This document shows, one piece after another, positions 37,336 to 46,036 of a stretch of 64,000 nt of DNA; positions within the stretch are counted from its first letter, which is position 1, and each line of letters begins with the position of its first letter. The notes beneath the pieces were generated by a model. It was not told the origin of the DNA. It saw nothing but the letters and a program-made list of their open reading frames with translations, and did no database searches. The position numbers were made by a program, and so were the translations under genes. This DNA comes from an uncultured Candidatus Saccharibacteria bacterium (GTDB taxonomy: Bacteria > Patescibacteriota > JAQUNI01): positions 19,943 to 83,942 of the forward strand of contig CAZKRD010000003.1 of the NCBI GenBank assembly GCA_964555185.1, read 5' to 3'.

Positions 37336-37430
37336 GTGAAAGTCTTATTTGACTCTTAGGAATGGGATTGCTTTGTCGACGCTAATGCGTCTCCTCGCAA
37401 TGACGTTTTGTATTTTTAGGACAAAATAAA

Positions 37431-37460
37431 AAAGCCAAGATAAACTTGGCGAAAGATCAC
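37431..37460 (-). terminator. rho-independent terminator for 37465..38361
   Basis: minus strand GCCAAG-TTTATC-TTGGC then TTTTTTATTTTGT. Confidence 0.5.
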
Positions 37461-37464
37461 TACA

Positions 37465-38361
37465 TCACACATAAAGTTTAATGGGCAACTCGTTGATCAT
37501 CCTCCTAATGGTTTTAAGATCGGCCGTGGCATGTTCTGCCCCAGGAAGCGGCTCAAGATCAATAGGCACTTGAATCTTCAGCATCCGTAACCTCAAGAGC
37601 AGCTCTTTGAAATCAATTTCTTCCATTGAATCTATTCCTTCTGTTTGAGCTAGAGGAATAGTTTCTGCTTCGAGGCCCACTCGCCGCGCGTTCTTAAGGT
37701 GAATTGCTTTTACGATAGGCCAGTGAACCTTAAGCTCTTTGTCAAGAAAAGAAGCCAGTGACATCCTTTCTGTTTTTAAATGGTTTAAGGTGTGGATACT
37801 GTAAAGATAATTGCCAAGATCCCACAGGCAGCCGAGGCGATCATCTTTTAGTATTTCACAGAGGCGAGCTACATCCGACAGGGTCTCACATCCAGTCGCG
37901 GCCTCGTTCTCCACAGCTAACACAAAATTAGGAGGGAGTATCTCTAAGGCTCGTTTGAGGTGGTCCACCAATCCACTTTTGGCCATATACGGGATGTCGA
38001 GCTGGCGCCTGCCCGCGAAAGCGCGGATCACATTTGTGCCGAAGATTATGGCGCACTCAATGAGTTTCGGGAGTTTCTTGAAATGTTCTTCTACTTGAGT
38101 TGGATCATCAAGTTCGCATTTCAGAAAACAAGAAGCAAGGAGGCTTACTTTTTTTTCGGCATCATTGAGTATACTTGCTTCCTTTTTTACTCGTTCGAGT
38201 GGAATGTCCCATATATCCTCGCCATCAATTTTTCTGATTTCTACTTGCTTGATTTCCTGTCTTTGAGCCCAGGGCAGAAATGTTGCTGCATTCGGAGCAA
38301 CTTTGTCCATTATAATCCCAACAGAAAACTGATCAGGCATCTGCTTTCCTCCTCCTTCCAA
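37465..38361 (-). CDS. sugar phosphate isomerase/epimerase (xylose-isomerase-like TIM barrel) family protein
   Basis: IRAFAG, AVENE, WDLGN motifs. Confidence 0.55.
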   Translation of the reverse strand: MEGGGKQMPDQFSVGIIMDKVAPNAATFLPWAQRQEIKQVEIRKIDGEDIWDIPLERVKKEASILNDAEKKVSLLASCFLKCELDDPTQVEEHFKKLPKLIECAIIFGTNVIRAFAGRRQLDIPYMAKSGLVDHLKRALEILPPNFVLAVENEAATGCETLSDVARLCEILKDDRLGCLWDLGNYLYSIHTLNHLKTERMSLASFLDKELKVHWPIVKAIHLKNARRVGLEAETIPLAQTEGIDSMEEIDFKELLLRLRMLKIQVPIDLEPLPGAEHATADLKTIRRMINELPIKLYV

Positions 38362-38420
38362 AAAAGTTTTCTGTGACGCCTAGGCTGTGCCTGAAGCGCC
38401 ACAGAAGTTACCGACAGCCT

Positions 38421-39662
38421 TTAGAGAACTTCGGATCCCTTGCCCTGCTGGATCAGCGGGATATAGGTTTCCAGTTCTTCCAGCACACTGGCGTCGGTCA
38501 GGTCGAGTGCCTTTCCCTTCTCGTGGGACATATATCCAGCCATGATCAACCTGACGATCTCACGTCCATACCTGAAATTAAGCAGAGCGTCTTTGCCTTG
38601 CTCAAAGGCGGCAATGGCGTCTCTCCATTCAGCCGCGTATCCATACAGATCAGGCTCATTGGGTTGCATGGTAAGAGCACCGCGCGTCGCCTGTGCCTTT
38701 TCTAGGGCGAGTTCGCCGTCTACAATGGATTCAGCCGCGATGTCGCTGATAAATATGCCAGCAGGCGATTCCAGGGAGTTGATCGTGTATGAATACCCGG
38801 GGCCAAAAGCTTCCATCAGAAGTCTCAACCCGGGAGCGTCATACATCCATGAATTCGTAGCTTGAGCTACGCTTCGGACACCAGTGTCAGGGTCTTTGAA
38901 TTCGGCTGTAACCAGCGCGTAGTCTTCTGCTGGAGTTGTGGCATAATCCACGCCACGGTTGCGAAGTTGGCTGACCCACGGCTCTTTGCCCCACTTGAGC
39001 AGTGTCATGGTACCATTGATGGAAACGGGTTCCAGATGATCAGGTGGCTTGCCAGTAGGGGTTAACATATACATGCCAACGGCAATACTGTGACAGCCCA
39101 TATCGCACCAGACACCACCACCCTGTTTTTTTGGGTCCCAGAACCACGCTTCGTGCGGCCCGCCGTGTTCTTCTGCTGATCGGGTTAGGTGCACAGCGCC
39201 TATAGATTGCTCCACTGACTGAAGCTGGAGTCGGGCGTTTTGAACTGCGGGCATGTGGATCTGATTCTCAAAATACGCTGTGGAGACACCCACTGATTTG
39301 ACCAATTCAGCCAGACCCACCATCCTATTAGCTTCAGCCATGTTTCGAGCCAGCGGTTTTTCACAGATGATCCCCTTGATTTTTGCACCTCTCTCCTCGA
39401 TTGCGCGGATAATTTTACGCAGGACTTCAAGGCGAACAAAGTTAGGGATAAACATACAGACTACATCCACCTTTTGGCAGAGCTCCTCCACGCTTCTATA
39501 AACCTTAGTATCACCCAACCCGGCTTCGCGTGCTCTTTGAGCGAGTTCTTCTGCCCCATCCAGGGCATAAACACCAGCTAATTCCACGCCGCGAACCGAT
39601 TCCAAAGCCTTCCGGTGGAACTCCGCAACAAAACCAGCTCCGATCATTCCAATCTGTAACAT
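38421..39662 (-). CDS. Gfo/Idh/MocA family NAD(P)-dependent oxidoreductase
   Basis: N-terminal Rossmann motif MLQIGMIGAGFVAEFH, EKP motif (ICEKPLA), ~410 aa. Confidence 0.8.
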   Translation of the reverse strand: MLQIGMIGAGFVAEFHRKALESVRGVELAGVYALDGAEELAQRAREAGLGDTKVYRSVEELCQKVDVVCMFIPNFVRLEVLRKIIRAIEERGAKIKGIICEKPLARNMAEANRMVGLAELVKSVGVSTAYFENQIHMPAVQNARLQLQSVEQSIGAVHLTRSAEEHGGPHEAWFWDPKKQGGGVWCDMGCHSIAVGMYMLTPTGKPPDHLEPVSINGTMTLLKWGKEPWVSQLRNRGVDYATTPAEDYALVTAEFKDPDTGVRSVAQATNSWMYDAPGLRLLMEAFGPGYSYTINSLESPAGIFISDIAAESIVDGELALEKAQATRGALTMQPNEPDLYGYAAEWRDAIAAFEQGKDALLNFRYGREIVRLIMAGYMSHEKGKALDLTDASVLEELETYIPLIQQGKGSEVL

Positions 39663-39871
39663 AATTATTCTCCTTTTCTTGTTTGTGGTTTGAAACTAAA
39701 CACATTGCCTAGCTTAAAACGTTCCTCCTTTCGTTTTGGGACTGACATTTTTACTAATTAGTTGTGATAATGAGCCAAGAAGATAGAATAGCAAAAATTG
39801 TAGGTTTGTCAATTTTTCAAACTAAAAAACAGAGCAAGCCCTCCGTTATAATATTTAAATCTTGTTTCTAG

Positions 39872-39943
39872 CAGCCCCAAGGGGAATCGAACCCCTGTTT
39901 TTAGGATGAAAACCTAATGTCCTAACCACTAGACGATGGGGCC
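39872..39943 (-). tRNA. tRNA-Glu (anticodon UUC)
   Basis: Cloverleaf folded by hand: acceptor GGCCCCA/UGGGGCU, D arm GUCU-AGUGGUUAG-GGAC, anticodon stem UUAGG/CCUAA with loop UUUUCAU, T arm AGGGG-UUCGAUU-CCCCU; CCA not encoded. Confidence 0.85.
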
Positions 39944-40175
39944 AAAGTTAGTTTAAAATTCAAAGTTAAAAATTAAAAGTTATAGTGCGAGCATAGCATA
40001 TTGAAGGGGATTTTTCAATGAGGCGGATAATGGGTATAATGAATTAGTTGGCTTATTTTTTATTTTTTATTTAAGAAATTTTTCCAGTACCTATTCAGTA
40101 GAAAATAAGAAATGACCTGCCTGCTGGCGAGGCAGGAAAATCGACAAAAAATTCAAAATAAGAAATAATAAATTT

Positions 40176-41195
40176 ATGTTAATCCTTGGCATTGAAACAT
40201 CCTGTGATGAAACGGCGGCGGCAATCGTCAAAGACGGCAATCAAATTCTCTCTAACATTGTTTCTTCGCAGGTCAAACTCCATGCGCCGCACGGCGGAGT
40301 GGTGCCGGAATTGGCTTCCCGGGCGCATATTGAGAGGATCATTCCGGTTATTGATCAGGCGACCCGTAAAGCGCGAATAAAGCCGCGGGACTTAGATTGT
40401 ATTGCCGTAACTTGCGGTCCGGGTTTGATTCCGGCCTTAATGATTGGCGTGGATACGGCGCGCGCCTTGTCTTTTGCTTGGCAAAAGCCAATTATTGGGG
40501 TAAATCATATTGAGGGACACGTTCGCTCCGCTCAAATTCAAAATTCAAAATTCAAAATTCAAAAAATAAGATTTCCGGCGGTTTGCCTGACTGTTTCCGG
40601 CGGTCACACGAAATTGATTTTGGTTAAAGGTTGGGAAGATTATAAGATAATTGGCGAGACCCTGGATGATGCCTGCGGGGAGGCCTTTGATAAGGTGGCC
40701 AAGCTTTTGGCTTTAGGTTATCCCGGCGGGCCGATTGTTGAAAAGATGGCTTTGCAAGGGAATCCCAAAGCTTTTGATTTCCCCAGACCGATTTTACATC
40801 AAGCTAATTTTGATTTCAGCTTTTCAGGACTCAAGACCGCTGTTTTATATCAAGTTAGAAAAATAAACGAGAAGAAATTGAACAAATACGATGTTTGCGC
40901 TTCTTTTCAAGCAGCTGCTTTTGATGTTTTGGTTAACAAGACCTTGAAAGCAAGCAGGAAGTACAAGATAAAATCAATTATTTTAACCGGCGGCGTGGCT
41001 GCGAATGAAGCTTTGCAAAATTTATTTAGGCAATCACTGGCAGCTACTGGTTACAAACTATTGATTACAAAGTTTCCTACAGACAACGCGGCAATGATCG
41101 CGGCCGCGGCCTATCCCCGCGCGATCAAAAAAGACTACGATGATTGGCGCAGTCTTCAGGCAGACGCGAACCTTAAATTAAACTCTAAAGCTTGA
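40176..41195 (+). CDS. tsaD: tRNA N6-adenosine threonylcarbamoyltransferase TsaD
   Basis: MLILGIETSCDETAAAIV..., HIEGH metal site, VSGGHT, GVAAN. Confidence 0.9.
   Translation: MLILGIETSCDETAAAIVKDGNQILSNIVSSQVKLHAPHGGVVPELASRAHIERIIPVIDQATRKARIKPRDLDCIAVTCGPGLIPALMIGVDTARALSFAWQKPIIGVNHIEGHVRSAQIQNSKFKIQKIRFPAVCLTVSGGHTKLILVKGWEDYKIIGETLDDACGEAFDKVAKLLALGYPGGPIVEKMALQGNPKAFDFPRPILHQANFDFSFSGLKTAVLYQVRKINEKKLNKYDVCASFQAAAFDVLVNKTLKASRKYKIKSIILTGGVAANEALQNLFRQSLAATGYKLLITKFPTDNAAMIAAAAYPRAIKKDYDDWRSLQADANLKLNSKA
40534..40561 (+). repeat. perfect heptanucleotide repeat (aaattca)x4 inside tsaD
   Basis: encodes QIQNSKFKIQK between HIEGH and VSGGHT. Confidence 0.9.
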
Positions 41196-41263
41196 ATGTT
41201 CTTCTCGCTCGCCGCGAGGCGAGTGTTTAGAATTTGTCATTTGTCATTGGGAATTTACCTACC

Positions 41264-42931
41264 CTAGGTTATTCTTTTCAACTCTGCCAAGGTAGTCTTG
41301 CCGGCAATCACTTTAGAAAGGCCGTCTTGAATCAGGGTGATCATTCCCTCTGACAAGGCTTGATCCCAGATCTGTTGAGGGGTATTGCGCTGGGCGATTA
41401 AGTTGCGGATTTTTTTGGAGATATTCATTACCTCAAAGATGCCGATTCGTCCTTTGTAGCCCATGCTTTGGCAATCAGGACAACCCTTTGGCTGATAGAG
41501 GGTTAAGTTTTCCGGCACTGGGAATTTATTCCGGATCACTTTTTTCATTTTTTCAATAACCTCTGGCGAAGCTTTTTCTGCTTGGCGGCATTTAGAACAT
41601 AAAAGCCGAACCAGTTTTTGGTTAATCAAAAGGTTAAGCACGTCAGCCAGGTTTTGAGGGTCAGCGCCCATGTTTTCGAGTTGAGTAATGATTTCGGGCG
41701 TGGAGCCGGCATGGAGAGTAGAGAGGACAATATGGCCAGTGGTGGCGGCGCGGATCGTGATTTCGGCGGTTTCAGGATCGCGGATTTCACCAATCATGAT
41801 CACGTCCGGGTCCTGGCGCAAGACTCCCCTTAAGCCTTTGGCAAAACCCAAACCCTTTTTTTCATTGATCTGAATTTGGGAGATCCCAGGCAGGCGGTAT
41901 TCAATCGGGTCTTCCAAGGTCATAATTTTGATCTGAGGGCTTTTTTTGTAGTTTAGGAAAGCGTAGAGGGTGGTGGTTTTGCCTGAACCAGTGGCGCCGG
42001 TTAGGAGCACCATGCCTGATGGTTTTTCCAGATTATTTTTTACGATTTTTAGTTCTTTTTCTTTGATCCCTAGGTTTTGGATATTCAGAAGGTAGTCGCG
42101 TTCTAATCCTAAGAGCCGGAGAGTGATCGCTTCTCCATAATTAGTGGGCAGGGTCGAGACCCGGATATCCATTTCTATGTGGTTATGCCGAATCGTGAAA
42201 CGGCCGTCTTGCGGTGTTTGGGTGATATTCAGTTTGAGTCCGGCTACAAGTTTTAAACGGGAAAGAATGCGGGGATAGACCTTGGCGGAGAAAGAAACTA
42301 CCTCTTGCATTATCCCGTCAATCCTGAAGCGGAGGATGATTTCTTCCTTTTTGGGCTCTAGGTGGAGATCACTGGCGCGGGTCTTAATCGCATGGGCGAC
42401 CAGGGCAAGAATAATTTCTTTTATCGGTTTGTTGATGATGCTGGTGCCAAGCTTGGGCCAGGTTTTAATTTCAGAGCCCGCTTTTTCAATCAACTCTTTG
42501 CTTATTTTGATTTCCTCCTCTCTTTTTTTCTTTTTGGATTCAAATTTTACGGTCAGAGGATAGAGAAAAATGCCGTGTTCAAAACTTGCTTCTGACATTA
42601 AATAAACAATGCATCTATCAAAATTCTTTTTTAAGTCTTTGATAGTTTTTTGGGCTCGTTGGTTATGGGGGTCATTAATCGCCACTCTTACTGTATTTTT
42701 CTCTCGGTGAAAGCAGATAATTTGCCCTTCTTGTGCTTTTTGTTTGGGGATTAAGGTCAGAGTGTCGTACTCAATGCTTAGTTTCTGTAGATTGATGTAG
42801 GGTGTTTGGGAGTCTTCGGCTAGATTTTTGATCCTTTTTTCTTCAAAGCTGATGCTTTTTTCCTCGATGGTTTGAAATAGTTCGGCCACATCCCTATCCT
42901 TTGCTTGTTGATTGTTTTGATTTTTGGACAT
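41264..42931 (-). CDS. type IV pilus assembly / type II secretion ATPase (PilB/GspE family)
   Basis: N-terminal T2SSE_N-like region, Walker A LLTGATGSGKTT, Asp/His boxes, C-terminal CxxC...CxxC. Confidence 0.85.
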   Translation of the reverse strand: MSKNQNNQQAKDRDVAELFQTIEEKSISFEEKRIKNLAEDSQTPYINLQKLSIEYDTLTLIPKQKAQEGQIICFHREKNTVRVAINDPHNQRAQKTIKDLKKNFDRCIVYLMSEASFEHGIFLYPLTVKFESKKKKREEEIKISKELIEKAGSEIKTWPKLGTSIINKPIKEIILALVAHAIKTRASDLHLEPKKEEIILRFRIDGIMQEVVSFSAKVYPRILSRLKLVAGLKLNITQTPQDGRFTIRHNHIEMDIRVSTLPTNYGEAITLRLLGLERDYLLNIQNLGIKEKELKIVKNNLEKPSGMVLLTGATGSGKTTTLYAFLNYKKSPQIKIMTLEDPIEYRLPGISQIQINEKKGLGFAKGLRGVLRQDPDVIMIGEIRDPETAEITIRAATTGHIVLSTLHAGSTPEIITQLENMGADPQNLADVLNLLINQKLVRLLCSKCRQAEKASPEVIEKMKKVIRNKFPVPENLTLYQPKGCPDCQSMGYKGRIGIFEVMNISKKIRNLIAQRNTPQQIWDQALSEGMITLIQDGLSKVIAGKTTLAELKRIT

Positions 42932-43036
42932 TTATTTTCTCAAATGAAATTTGTTGTTTCTGATTGCATATTGATTGTACTATTTTTTGATAAAAATAAA
43001 AAGACCTTTTGGAAAACCAAAGGAGTCTTCTTGGGT

Positions 43037-44209
43037 TTAGGCGGGGATGAATTCTTCCAGTATTTCTAGTACCTCTTGTTCCAGTTCGGTGAGGGTTCCC
43101 TGCTTTGTGCTTAGCAGAATCAAATCATCCTGCGTTTTTTCTTCTTTAAATCCGTAAGCGGCCAACTTTTCTTTGAGGGATTGCAAATCAATATTTTTAT
43201 TCAGCTTCTTAATTTCGAGGTAAATGAGGCTGGGCTTTTTTTCGGCAAGCAGAAAGATGATATCTGCTTTGATCGTGTTGTTTTTTAATTCATTGATAAT
43301 CCGTTCAATGTCTTGAATTGTGCTTTCTGATTTTTCAAAATCCGCCTGGGAGAGTAAGGACCAGACAAGTTTTTGGTTTAAGTTGGTCTTAAGGCGAGCC
43401 AAGGTCCTGCCCCAGAGATGGAGGTTTGAGAGGGAGCGGGTTTTATAGAGGTTTTGGATAATGAGCTCTCTTTCGGCACCCAGCTCTATCAGCTTGGCCG
43501 CGGCGATGAATGTTTGGGGCGTGGTTTTAAGATTTTGGAAGTTGTTGGTTTTACTGATGATGCCGGTTAAAAGACAAGTGGCGATGTCCTCGGAAATAAT
43601 TTCAGGATCAAGGCTCTTTAGGAAGGAAAAAAGGATTTCCGCGGTTGCCGAGGCGGTTATTTTTACAAGATTGATTTCACCAAAATTTTCATTACTTGAA
43701 TGGCAATCAATATTAATCAGAGGAGACTCATAGAAGAGTTCGGCGTTTTCTTGGTAGAGCAGATTGAGGTTTTCTAAGGTAGGCGTGTTTAAGACCACAA
43801 TTAGGTCGTATTTGGATTTTCCCTTTTTGATTTTGACATCGTGAGGCTCAAAATGACCCCTTTTGGGTGTAATGTGAATATTCAATTTGTCTTTTTTGAT
43901 GTTGTATTTGAATTGGCCAACCTTGGCGTGACTGATATCCAGGGAGATGATAAAGTCTTTGGCTCCTTTGAGATTGGTTTGGATTTTTGAAAACCCGGGC
44001 AGAAATTCTAGATTTTTTGAGGAGGACCCGAGTTTAGCAACCGGTGTGGTTGTTTTGTCGAGTTTCTTAAGGGCAAGATGGAAAGCTAAAAGACTGGCAA
44101 GAGAATCTATGTCCTCGGAGCCGTCAGTGACCAACAGCGCTTCCTTGCTTTGTTTGATAATTTTTTTGATTTGTTCTTCCGGGGTCAACTCCATTTTATT
44201 TTGGCGCAA
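43037..44209 (-). CDS. DHH-superfamily (NrnA-like) phosphoesterase homolog, catalytic motifs degenerate
   Basis: DGSEDIDSLAS (motif I-like), DCHSSNE in place of DHH, LLTGIISKTNNF; no clear GGGH. Confidence 0.45.
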   Translation of the reverse strand: MRQNKMELTPEEQIKKIIKQSKEALLVTDGSEDIDSLASLLAFHLALKKLDKTTTPVAKLGSSSKNLEFLPGFSKIQTNLKGAKDFIISLDISHAKVGQFKYNIKKDKLNIHITPKRGHFEPHDVKIKKGKSKYDLIVVLNTPTLENLNLLYQENAELFYESPLINIDCHSSNENFGEINLVKITASATAEILFSFLKSLDPEIISEDIATCLLTGIISKTNNFQNLKTTPQTFIAAAKLIELGAERELIIQNLYKTRSLSNLHLWGRTLARLKTNLNQKLVWSLLSQADFEKSESTIQDIERIINELKNNTIKADIIFLLAEKKPSLIYLEIKKLNKNIDLQSLKEKLAAYGFKEEKTQDDLILLSTKQGTLTELEQEVLEILEEFIPA

Positions 44210-44346
44210 TTTTAGATTATCAGTTTAATCTATCTTATCTTGCTTGTAGTGTCAATGTGTGGATAACGATTTAGTTTAAAGTTTAAGGTTCAAAGTGTAA
44301 AGTTATTGCTATATTGTTGAGTTTTGGATAAGATAGTAATGAAACA

Positions 44347-45135
44347 ATGGATATCATTCAGTCAATAATTTTAGGGATTGTGCAGGGAGCAACTGAGTTC
44401 ATCCCGGTTTCAAGTTCAGGACATTTGGTTTTGACCCGGGAATTTTTAGGTTGGGAGGATCCGGGGATTTCTTTTGATATTGCCCTGCATTGCGGCACGC
44501 TTTTTGCCCTGCTTTTTTATTTCCGAGAGCTCTGGCAAAGGATATTCAAAAAAGGCATAGGGGTTTTCCGTAAACGTTTGTTCTGGGGGATTATACTTGC
44601 TACATTACCAGTTGCCATTTTGGGTTATCTGGGACAGAGCTTTGTTATTAAGTATTTCCGCTCAAGTGTTCCTGTAGGAGTCTTCTTGATCATTGTCGGC
44701 ATCATCTTTATTCTGACTGAAAAACTATATTCTCGCCGGGAAGCTGCTAAAAGCAAAGGTGTTTTATCTTTTACAGACTATATTTTGATCGGGATTGCTC
44801 AAAGCTTAGCTTTAATCCCCGGGGTATCCCGTTCAGGGATGACAATTGCAGCTGGTATGAGTCTTAAAATGAGCCGCTGCGAGTCAGCAGAGTTTGCTTT
44901 CTTGCTTGCGATTCCTGCTATTTTTGGTGCGGCAGTTTATGATTTTTTAACAAATTATCAGGCTTTGAGTATTAATTTTTTGCAGACAACCCTTGGTTTC
45001 TGCGTGGCTTTGATTTTCGGTTACCTCAGTCTCCGTTTTTTAATCAATTATTTAAAAAAGCATAGCTTGAATGTTTTTGCCTATTATCTTTTTGCTTTAG
45101 GTACTATTATTATTATTTTGAGGCTACTATGGTAA
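44347..45135 (+). CDS. uppP: undecaprenyl-diphosphatase
   Basis: GATEFIPVSSSGHL and PGVSRSG motifs, 8 TM helices. Confidence 0.9.
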   Translation: MDIIQSIILGIVQGATEFIPVSSSGHLVLTREFLGWEDPGISFDIALHCGTLFALLFYFRELWQRIFKKGIGVFRKRLFWGIILATLPVAILGYLGQSFVIKYFRSSVPVGVFLIIVGIIFILTEKLYSRREAAKSKGVLSFTDYILIGIAQSLALIPGVSRSGMTIAAGMSLKMSRCESAEFAFLLAIPAIFGAAVYDFLTNYQALSINFLQTTLGFCVALIFGYLSLRFLINYLKKHSLNVFAYYLFALGTIIIILRLLW

Positions 45136-45572
45136 GTCAAACAGAACTTATTTCCAATTCAAACTTAAAAACCAAAGAAATAGGCAAGCTCTTTGGTCAG
45201 AGCCTCAAAGAAGGAGTGATCATTTCTTTAGTCGGGGATTTAGGCGGGGGCAAGACAACCTTTGTTCAGGGTTTAGGTATGGGTTTGGGAATCAGAGAGC
45301 GGATTACAAGCCCCAGCTTTGTCTTAATGAAGAGATACAAAGTGAACGCTCGAGAACCAATAAAATATCTCTGCCATATTGATTGTTATCGTTTAGAAAA
45401 AGCTCAAGATATTTTGGGAATAGGTTATCGGGAAATTATCAAAGAAAAGGATGCAGTGATAGTGATTGAATGGGCAAATCGAATTAAAAAATACTTGCCC
45501 AAAAAAAGAATTAAGATCAATTTTGAATTTATTGATCAGAATCAGAGAAAGATTCTTATTGCACCTTGTTAA
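45129..45572 (+). CDS. tsaE: tRNA threonylcarbamoyladenosine biosynthesis protein TsaE
   Basis: Walker A GDLGGGKTTF, SPSF motif. Confidence 0.8.
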   Translation: MVSQTELISNSNLKTKEIGKLFGQSLKEGVIISLVGDLGGGKTTFVQGLGMGLGIRERITSPSFVLMKRYKVNAREPIKYLCHIDCYRLEKAQDILGIGYREIIKEKDAVIVIEWANRIKKYLPKKRIKINFEFIDQNQRKILIAPC

Positions 45573-45970
45573 ACTCTAAACTACAAGTTAAATGGGAGGA
45601 GAAGCGGATGAGCAAAGAACGACAGAAAATTCCGGACTATTTTGGTATTATTAGTGGTTTTCGGCAAATGCTTATTCTTATGGGACTGATTATTTCCTAT
45701 TATTGCTTGGAATGGATATTGGGGCCGATAGCAGGAGAAATAGCTTTGCTTTGCGTTGCTTTTGGCTTTTTTTTCATTTTTCGGAAATCGAAGAAGTGGA
45801 TTCTAAAAGCTAATAAATCGGTTCAAGGAGAAGGTGATCAGGGAAGGAGAATACCTTTAAAGATCCTCAGATGGTTTAGATGGTTTTTTCTTATTGTGGC
45901 CATAGCACTTTTAGCTGGTGCTATTGTTTATGGCTATAGACATAACTTCTTTCTGAATTCAGGGCTATGA
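45566..45970 (+). CDS. hypothetical membrane protein
   Basis: two pairs of TM helices. Confidence 0.3.
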   Translation: MLNSKLQVKWEEKRMSKERQKIPDYFGIISGFRQMLILMGLIISYYCLEWILGPIAGEIALLCVAFGFFFIFRKSKKWILKANKSVQGEGDQGRRIPLKILRWFRWFFLIVAIALLAGAIVYGYRHNFFLNSGL

Positions 45971-46036
45971 GGGAGGGATAGCCTTTTTTTATTTTAAAAA
46001 ATCTTGATAAAATGCTATGATACAAAAAGAAAGGAT

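Noticed and set aside
46004-46036. TTG start for polA as in the ORF track (MIKCYDTKRKD...)
   Set aside because: ATG at 46037 has a good AAAGGA Shine-Dalgarno 7 nt upstream and matches the usual PolA N-terminus (MPKSNKKTLVLIDANALIHRGFHA)
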